Below are positions 54,693 to 64,000 of a stretch of 64,000 nucleotides of DNA, one piece after another. The notes under the pieces are model-generated. The model was not told the DNA's origin. It searched no databases and saw only the letters and a program-made list of their open reading frames with translations. Origin of the DNA: Eledone cirrhosa (taxonomy: Eukaryota); NCBI GenBank assembly GCA_964016885.1, contig OZ024747.1, positions 24,738,001 to 24,802,000 on the forward strand. The letters run 5' to 3'. The number at the start of each line of letters is the position of its first letter. Position 1 is the first letter of the stretch. Made by a program: the position numbers and the translations under genes.

Positions 54693-57040
54693 ACCTGGTA
54701 AATCTGAATTCACCAAACTTCTAATTGAAAAAAACTGACTCCTTTTTAAGAAGACTTAGATGGATAGCTTATTTCTATGACCAGCGCCTAAAACGGAACT
54801 TCTATACCAAGGAACCTAACTTCCTCGATCATCTATTTAATTCTAGAAGAAATCCTCCTTCCAACAAAAATCTAGTGCAATTCGAGGAAGAGTTAACAAA
54901 TATAAAAAATATTAAACTCAAGAGTTACCCTTACAAAGGACAAGAGCACCTTGTAAATCTCAAGAACACAATTTCGAACCTAAATACCTCAAAAAATGTT
55001 TTAGTCCACTCTGACAAAACCAATAATTTATATGGTATTTCCAAGGATAATTATAACAACCTTATCCTAAAGGAACTTAGGAAAAAATATCGTAAAACCA
55101 ACCATGATAATTTAGAATCCATAAACTTTGAAGCCTCTGAGATTATGTCAAAACTTGGCATCGGAAAAAAGACCGAACCATTCCTTCCAAGAACTCCGAG
55201 GATAAATCTCAAGGATCACAAAAACAATTTTCGCACTGAACTACCTGTTAGATTAATCGCCCCCTCTAAATCAGATCTGGGGGTTGTTCGTAAAGCCATC
55301 TTGGATAGAATTATCCCACAGGTTCGTTCTAATTGCTCTTCTTTGAACTTAAATTTATGGTTTGGTACTTCTGAAGTGATTGGCTGGTTCAACAAATTGA
55401 ATAAGAAAAACAAACTAAAATTTGTTCAATTTGATATTGCCAGCTACTATTCTTCTATTTCGCCCTCACTTCTCAACAATGCTCTTTCGCATTTAAATAT
55501 TCTGACATCACCACAGATGAACATCACATCATTCTCACCGCACGTAAAACCATCCTCTAACAACTTCGACATCACAATGGGAGCATCCGATTCATCCCAA
55601 TTGACATATTTAATTGGTATCTTTATTTTGAACTCTTTGAGTCGGAAAATTCCTCAACTTCGCGGTGGAATTTATCGGGACGATGGACTCTTTACTATCT
55701 TAAATTGCAACATAGTTAACCTTAATATTATCAAGAACAATATACGTAATCTCTTTAACCAACATAACCTAAAAATTGAATTTGATAACAGCATCAAACT
55801 AGCTAATTTTTGGATGTATCTCTTAATCTTGACACTGGCCTATATTACCCTTACCATAAAAACAATGAGAACCTAAATTATGTTAATTTTAAATCTAACC
55901 ACCCTACTAATATTAAGAATGCTATAGTTAGTAATATTGGAAAAAGAATATCTAACCTATCTTCTAATAAAACATCTTTGATGCTAACACCAATTACTAT
56001 AATAACGCGCTTTCTAAAGCCGGCTATCCTGATAAAATCAAATATAATAAAGAAACAAATTCTAGAAGATCTTACAGTAGAATAATTAATCATGATCATT
56101 CCAATAACTTTAATAAAAGACCTAGATACAAAAACATAATCTGGTATAATGCTCCTTTCTCCATCTCTATTAATAATAATATTCCTAAATTATTCTTTAG
56201 TGCCTTAAATAAATGCTTCCCTCCCTCACATATCTATAGTAAAATATTTAACAAACACACTATAAAATTTTCCTATTCAACATCCTCCAACATTTCCAAC
56301 ATTATCTCTAAACACAACAATAAAATACTAAATACTAAATCTCTTCCTTCCAACACTGAATATCATAATAATAGTAATAGTACTCCCGACGTCATTGTAA
56401 ACTCTAGGCTAATTTCTGTAAACCCAAATACAACGTCAAACACAACTTCGCTAAATGTTCTTAATCCCATTCTAAATCAAGAAACTATTATTCCTATCGC
56501 AAATAACTTCTCCAATCCAATTCCTTCTATAGATAACACTAGGTCACTCGTTAATAATCTCTCTAATCGCAATTGCAATTGCCCTGCTAAAAATAAATGT
56601 CCTCTCAACAACCATTGTCTTGATAAAAACTTAATCTACGAATGTAAAGTTATAACTGACACCAATTCCTTCACCTATTTTGGCTCCACTTCCACCTCCT
56701 TTAAAGTTCGTCTTTATAATCATCATTCGTCTTTTAAATACCAACTTAAAAGAACCAACACGGCTCTCTCAGAACTCATATGGTCCTTGAAAGACAAAAA
56801 TATTAAATATAACATCTCTTGGAAAAAGGTTTCTTCTGCTTCTTTATACTTGAACAGTTCTCTATCCAAGACTTGCAATCTCTGTCTAAATGAAAAATGT
56901 ACCATTATATCTAATTTAGATTCTATAATAAATAGACGCACTGACTTGTTTTCTATCTGCTTGCATAAATTCCACAGAACATTCCATAAATATACAGCTA
57001 ATATCCTAAACTTTATCAATTCAGAATCCTTTTCTCAAAG
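54693..57040 (+). pseudogene. Naiad-like PLE ORF (RT + GIY-YIG), frameshifted
   Basis: SDKTNN (DKT), LKDHK, QFDIASYY, MGASDS, GIYRDDGL, CNCPAKNKCPLNNHC, LIYECK...YFGST, CNLC...CLH. Confidence 0.88.
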
Positions 57041-57270
57041 GCACATATATATATATATATACTTCTTTAAAAATATACCCATCTTTCTACCTTATTTCAA
57101 AGTTATTTATTATACTTTATATAATACTTGTTACTCATTCTATATCACTCCTATTTATCACTTCCCTTTCTTCCTTTTCCTTTTCTTTTCTTTTTCTTTT
57201 AATTTCTAACCCCTAATCTGAACCTTTTCTCGCTGTGCCTAACATAGAAACAATTATTACACAATACAAT

Positions 57271-58367
57271 ACCAGATAGAAAAATGCGTACAGCAAAAAA
57301 AAGTAATATTGTTGGAATATAAACCTTTACAAATACAGGACAAGAAACTAAAATAAAACTTTAAAAGAATAGGACAAGGAACTAAGATAAAACTTTAAAA
57401 GAATAGGACAAGAAACTAAGATAAAACTTTAAAGAATTGGACAAGAAATAAAAAAATTTTACAATAATATTAGTGGCAAAATTTTTATTGGTAAAAAATC
57501 GAGTTCCACATTCATAGGCTCTGGGTTCCACATTCAGAGGTCGTCGTCAGACCGGGGGGATCATTTGATCCTGGTTTGAACACCAATTGGGCCATAACTA
57601 TACCCATATTTCATCATTCGGCGACACGCCTCATGTGTCATGCATAATGTGAATGGACCCATGGGCCCATGAGCACAGATCTTGAGCAGCAGCGGACGGT
57701 CTTGTCGTCCCGCTCATCCTTGATCTTGACCAACCCGTCCATCTTCTCCTTGCATCTTGTCCTTGAGTTCAAGTCCGGCAGTCCAGATGAATGCGTGCCA
57801 CAGCTTTCTGGTACAGGAAGGGGGAGCAGGAGGACTGGAGGGATGACGGGACAGAGGGAGGGAGGACCGGTGGTTGAGGGAGGTGCCGTAGTCGGTGGTC
57901 AGAGTCGACATCTTGTCCCGGTCGTCTTCTCCATCTTCGTCTGGTGTTGCGGGACCAGAAGTGCATTCTTGGAGGAGACCTGCAGCTGCATCGGCCAATT
58001 TTTCTTGCAATGGTCATTCTGACGGAGCAGAACTGCTCAGCCAACCAACCCCAACCAGAACCAACCGCTCAGGGGCAACGCACAATGAGAGCATGACAAT
58101 TATTATGCACTAATCAAGAAGATACTGGGGCATAGCAGAGGAAACGAATAAAAAAATGTTGCCACTAATATTATTGTAAAATATTTTTATTTCTTGTCCA
58201 ATTCTTTAAAGTTTTATCTTAGTTTCTTGTCCTATTCTTTTAAAGTTTTATCTTAGTTCCTTGTCCTATTCTGTTAAAGTTTTATTTTAGTTTCTTGTCC
58301 TGTATTTGTAAAGGTTTATATTCCAACAATATTACTTTTTTTTGCTGTACGCATTTTTCTATCTGGT
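57271..58367. repeat. ~220-bp inverted repeats flanking a GC-rich ~660-bp core
   Basis: 57271-57489 is the reverse complement of 58147-58367. Each arm has internal GGACAAGAAACTAAGATAAAACTTTAAA subrepeats. Confidence 0.9.
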
Positions 58368-58640
58368 CTACTATTTTTTAAGGCAATGCAAGCAACAACT
58401 ATCTAATAATTAAATGATCATAGTGAATTACTGACAAGTGATTGACATTTTAAAGTTCTTTTGAGTATAATTGCAATCTAGTTGAGGCAACTGGCTTAAT
58501 GACAAAGCTAGTAAATCATGAATGCATTTGAGATGATTAGTGCATAATAGTGAATTGGTGAAACTTGTGCATTTCAATGGTGTTACAACAATAGATTTAA
58601 GTTATATAGTAGTAATACTTTATCATTTTAACTTTTTAGA

Positions 58641-59000
58641 ATGGACAAAAACCCATGCAAAGAAATGACTTTGACTGCAGTGATTCTCTCCAATTTACTT
58701 ACAAAGCAAAACGTGGTCAAATACCTTATCATCTCTGATAAAATGCCCATTGAATCACTGAAAATCGGATGCATGGAATTCCTCATAAAATGCACCTATG
58801 AATCGGAAGCCATCACATATATCAATGGATATAGGGAGTTGTTCACACTGGAAGACCATCACTTCATTTGTGACTTCATCAGTTATCTCCACGATTATCT
58901 CAGACACCCAATGCCATTGATGAGAGGTGATCCAATGTGTGAACATGTAACTAATCTTATAGAAGTTGTTATCGACAACCTGGCTTTTAGTGACATTTGA
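58641..59000 (+). CDS. Orphan 119-aa ORF of unknown function
   Basis: Non-repetitive, globular-looking composition. The ATG directly follows an acceptor-like TTTTTAG-A. Converges on the SGNH gene. Confidence 0.45.
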   Translation: MDKNPCKEMTLTAVILSNLLTKQNVVKYLIISDKMPIESLKIGCMEFLIKCTYESEAITYINGYRELFTLEDHHFICDFISYLHDYLRHPMPLMRGDPMCEHVTNLIEVVIDNLAFSDI

Positions 59001-59179
59001 CTGATTGACTGATAATGATGTATTTTTAAAAAGTATGTGTACATTCTTGTTACTATTTTAAGGCAATGCAAGCAACAACTATTTAATAAAATTCAAATTT
59101 AAAAATGACCATTGTGCATTACTAGTATGATGACATTTTATTAAGTCACAAAATTAGTCAGTCAGCCATAGAACAAGGA

Positions 59180-59975
59180 TCAGGTGGCAAAAACATTGGC
59201 AAAAATTTGTGTCAATTTTAGATTTCCAACATTGTTCAAATTAATCATATTTGGTTTGAAGTCAGATATGTCAAATTTTGACCAATTTTCAATGTTGTGA
59301 AGATTGGGCAAGTTCAATTTTTGAATCATTTCTTTCATGCAGTAATTAAACTTTTCCAAACGAGAATTTCTCTTGCCCAAGTCATTTTTATTTTCAATTA
59401 CACTTTGTGGACGTGGAATGACACCACTGTAGAAAATGGGTGTACAGTGGTGCTTTTCCGCTATTTTCTGTAGCCTTGCAAAGAGACTCTTCCCCTGTTT
59501 TTCCGGTTTTGTGCCTCGAATGGGCACTTTGTCCTTAATTTACAAATAAATTATTAATAAAAAATACTTGGGCAAAAATTATTGTATTACTTTTCACAGC
59601 TTTGTAGTGCCAACGGTGCGACGAGGATTCAGATCATTAGAGCCGACATGAACCACCAATACTTTCACAAAAGGACAACAGATAACAATATTGGCGATTA
59701 ACATTACCTGGCCCTGACGGGCCCCAGGTATACAAAATATCTAAGTATTTTTGTTGGTATGATAAGTAAATACATTTGAATTAACATTTTTATACCTTCT
59801 GGTCATTCGATTTCGCCACATTTCTAATTATGGATTTGTAAAAACTGGCATGAATGTGAATTTGATCAGTCCAATTGCCCGATTTTAGTGAAAAGTTTTG
59901 ATTCGAAATGGAAATACTCCATTTCCGTGCCATGGAAAAAATGAATAAGCCGATCAAAAAGCCGCGAAACATCAT
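59180..59975 (-). pseudogene. Three-exon SGNH/GDSL hydrolase-fold gene (exons 59975-59796, 59740-59591, 59533-59180) with one in-frame TGA
   Basis: Two phase-0 GT-AG introns (55 and 57 nt) join KSIIRNV (block I-like), FCIPGAR (block II), VLVVHVGSNDL (block III), YSGVIPRP and NMINLNNVGNLKL (block V-like). TGA at 59596-59594. Confidence 0.72.
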
Positions 59976-60884
59976 TTTTAATTAAGCGAAATTAGTGGAT
60001 GCAAATCTCAGAAAATATTGTACACTATTCGCACCTATCGCACTATTCGCACCTATCGGTACAAAAAATCGCACGACTGTTAATAATACTAGAAGTGCAA
60101 ACTATCTGTTGAATACCTGGTATATGAAGAGCAACCGATACGATCGGTCGGCGATCGGTCTTAATGAAGAATGAAGTGAAATTTTGGTCTGGTTGTTGTC
60201 ATCGGTGTTTCGCAGAGATGCCGGCACGAACAAAGGTGTCAGTGACACAAAGTTGTCCGCTTGAACAAAGGTGTCGGTCCGACAAAGGTGTCAGTCAGAC
60301 AGACAGTCAGACAGTGCCACAGTCGGTGCGACAAAGCGATCGATGCGATTTAAAAAAATTTAACTCATATGTTTACCTATATTTTCGCAAACTATTGATA
60401 GATTGGTACAAAAAATAGCTTTGATAATAAACATAAATTTTTAACGAAGTATTTAAAAAGCATTTTAGCAGTGAAAAGTGAAGTAATGTTTCACACTGAC
60501 GCAAGTAGGGCCGTTCAGAAATGACGTAGTCAATTAGGAGGAGGGGATTCGGCGATTTGACTACATTTGACTAACGTAATCACAATCACAAGAGTTCCGC
60601 CGAAAAAAATTCGTCATTTCTGGATTACCTCCCCTGGCGTCACGCTTACTACTCACTCACTTGAACGCAAGATTTATCAGCAAACTTTGATTATAAACTT
60701 TTTCCCGCTGGACCAAATTTCTAGATTTTTAAGCCAAAAGATGCGTAATGATCTACTGTTCATGATCATATAAGTTTTATCTCAGTTAAATAAAGTAGAG
60801 CCGCGCTGTACTGTCGTAAACAGACGATTGCCAACGAAAACACGACCACAACAATATTACTAAACGGACTACCGTCCGTTTAGG

Positions 60885-61790
60885 ATATTCTTACTTTATA
60901 TCACCTTCAAAAAATCCTTCGTAAACATAAACATTTTTTTTTGACGTTAGATTATTCATCCTCAATTCATTATTTTTTTCTCACTTTCATCTAACTTATT
61001 CATGCTCATCTCACAATATATCCTTACTTACATTACTTTTGTTTTTTTAATAATACATATCAACATTTTCTTTCTATCGCACATATTATTAAACCCTTAA
61101 ATATTATTCTTAATACATATTAACTTTTTCTTTCCATCGCACATATTATTAAACCCTTAAATATTATTCTTAATACATATTAACATTTTCTTTTCATCGC
61201 ACATATTATTAAACCCTTCAATATTATTCTTAATACATATTAATATTTTCTTTCCATCGCACATATTATTAAACCCTTAAATATTATTCTTAATACATAT
61301 TAACAATTTCTTTTCATCGCACATATTATTAAACCCTTCAATATACAAACCTTAACTTTACATTATTTTTCTCTTCGTTAATTTTCAAATTCTTTTAATT
61401 TATACATTATCTTCCAACGGTTTTTCAACCTCTCTATGTAAAACAATATATTTTTCTCAGTTATAAAAGCTATCTCTCTCTATATATCACCCATCTCTCC
61501 TCCCATCTCATCCTTCCTCATTATACTCCTCCCCCTCCACATTTTACTCTCATCTCCTCCTCTTTTTCATCCTTTCACCCCCCCCCCCCCAATATCACAC
61601 ATCAATCTAAAACTACTTTTCATATGTTGATTTAAAACTGCACTATCCACAAGTGTTTTTAACCTTCATATCATGTCTTCCTATTTTATCTGATGAAAAC
61701 ACAAATGTTATTGCATGATGATATTTGTTTTTGAAATGCGCATAATAAAATACATGGAACTCTTTTAACCATCTTTTGATCTTATATATT
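60885..61790 (+). mobile_element. 3' UTR/pLTR of the Naiad-like PLE
   Basis: Pyrimidine-rich UTR, about five copies of a 60-bp repeat (61050-61340), a hammerhead, and an end in (TA)n. Inverted homologue of 54085-54692. Confidence 0.8.
61682..61752 (+). ncRNA. Type I hammerhead ribozyme (family C)
   Basis: Stem I TATTTTAT/ATAAAATA; CTGATGA; stem II ACAAATGTTAT/ATGATATTTGT; GAAA; palindromic ATGCGCAT; AUA triplet. Confidence 0.85.
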
Positions 61791-61979
61791 ATATATGTAT
61801 ATATGTATATGTATATATATGTATATATATATATGTATATGTATATATATATATATGTATATATATGTATATATATGTATATATATATATGTATATATAT
61901 GTATATATATGTATATATATGTATATATATATGTATATGTATATATATGTATATATATATATGTATATATATATGTATA

Positions 61980-62034
<55 letters not shown>

Positions 62035-62075
62035 GTATATATATATATGTATATATATGTATATATATGTATATA

Positions 62076-62747
62076 TAATATAAGATCAAAAGATGGTTAA
62101 AGGAGTTCCATATATTTTATTATGCGCATTTCAAAAACAAACATCATCAAACAATAATATTTGTGTTTTCATCAGATAAAACAGGAGAACATGATATGAA
62201 GGCTTTTTTTCATCCTCTCCACCCCCCCCCCTCCCTAAATAAAATATTTTTTCCTCGCACATATCCTCCCTTCGTTAATTTTCAAAATTTTTAATTTATA
62301 CAGTATCTTCCAACGGTTTTCAACCCCTCTATATAAAATATATCTCCTCTCAGTTATAAAAACTATCTCTTTCTCTCTATCACCCATCTCTCCCTCTCAT
62401 CTCCTTCCCTTTTCATCCTTTTCTATCCCCCCCCCCTCTCTAAATAAAATATTTTTCCCAATATCACACATCAATCTAAAACCACTTTTCATATGTTGAT
62501 TTAAAACTGCACTATCAACAAGTGTTTTTTAGCCTTCATATCATGTTCTCCTGTTTTATCTGATGAAAACACAAATATTATTGTTTGATGATGTTTGTTT
62601 TTGAAATGCGCATAATAAAATATATGGAACTCCTTTAACCATCTTTTGATCTTATATTATGCATACTCCAGTCCCACAAACTGTAGAGTGCTTCTTATCC
62701 GATATCTGCATTGCTTTATTGTACTACAATAAAACTCACCTCCTACA
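62076..62747. mobile_element. Non-coding head-to-head pLTR pair (family C) with two hammerheads
   Basis: 62076-62203 is the reverse complement of 62532-62660. Hammerheads at 62113-62183 (-) and 62552-62622 (+). (TA)n flanks. Confidence 0.85.
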
Positions 62748-62937
62748 TATGTATATATATATATATGTATATATATGTATATATATATATATGTATATAT
62801 ATATATGTATATATATGTATATATATGTATATGTATATATATATGTATATATATATGTATATATATCTATATGTATATATATATATGTATATATATGTAT
62901 ATATATATATGTATATATATATATATGTATATATATG

Positions 62938-62996
<59 letters not shown>

Positions 62997-63160
62997 GTAT
63001 ATGTATATATATGTATATGTATATGTATGTATATATATATATATGTATATGTATGTATATATATATATATATATGTATATGTATATATATGTATATATAT
63101 ATGTATATGTATGTATGTATATATATGTATATGTATGTATATATATATATGTATGTATAT

Positions 63161-63191
<31 letters not shown>

Positions 63192-63435
63192 TGTATATAT
63201 ATATATATATGTATGTAAATATATATATATATATGTATGTATATATATATATGTATATATATATATGTATGTATATATATATATATATATATGTATGTAT
63301 ATATATATATATATGTATGTATATATATATATATGTATATATATATATGTATGTATATATATATATATATATATGTATGTATATATATATATATATGTAT
63401 GTATATATATATATATGTATGTATATATATATATG

Positions 63436-63556
63436 TGAAGGCGTGTGGCTGAGTGGTTAGGCAATTGGTTTCGCAATCGTAAGGTTGTGAGTTCGATTCC
63501 TGGACGAGGTGATGCGTTATGTCCTTGAGCAAGACACTTTATTTCACGTTGCTCCT
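63436..63556 (+). mobile_element. SINE family B, 5' part
   Basis: tRNA-like head TGGCTGAGTGGTTAG and GAGTTCGATTCC, followed by GTCCTTGAGCAAGACACTT. Confidence 0.75.
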
Positions 63557-63675
63557 TCTACCTGGAGTTGCGACCGATAGATAGTATTAGCAATTGGATA
63601 GATAGTATTAGCAATTGGAAAGACCAACGGAAACATTGTTCCCTCGGTCCGATTTGACGAAAGTCGATCGTTCCT

Positions 63676-63707
<32 letters not shown>

Positions 63708-63730
63708 GTATATATATATATATATGTATG

Positions 63731-63817
<87 letters not shown>

Positions 63818-64000
63818 ATATATATATGTATGTATATATATATATGTATGTATATATATATATGTATGTATATATATGTATATATATATGTATGTATATA
63901 TATGTATATATATATATATGTATGTATATATATGTATATATATATATGTATGTATATATATGTATATATATATATGTATGTATATATATGTATATATATA

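Noticed and set aside
63436-63505. tRNA gene
   Set aside because: The A/B boxes run into a SINE core repeated elsewhere in the window, and no proper acceptor stem forms.

Overview
AT-rich animal genomic DNA made almost entirely of microsatellites, satellites and transposons. The SINE/RTE content and long (TA)n tracts suggest a cephalopod such as Octopus (inference). No host gene can be called with confidence. Main contents: one R4/Dong-like RLE LINE; several RTE-clade LINEs (one with C-terminal C2H2 fingers, three copies of a PHD-finger family); at least five Penelope-like elements (PLEs) or remnants of two kinds (a DKS type and a Naiad-like DKT/CxCx5C type); about 12 hammerhead-ribozyme motifs of four sequence families; two adjacent satellites (64 bp and 45 bp) sharing a 20-nt core; tRNA-derived SINEs; and MITEs. 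Most notable: (1) six PLE-related insertions have a 3' end at both (TA)n junctions, taken from two fixed endpoints that are 60 nt apart in two subfamilies; (2) a ~3.6-kb cassette with a mini-intron SGNH-fold gene and two orphan ORFs lies between a Naiad-like ORF and its ribozyme-bearing 3' repeat; (3) a ~420-bp palindrome encodes, on both strands, a hammerhead with a ~115-nt stem II. Most ORFs in the supplied track are microsatellite translation artefacts.
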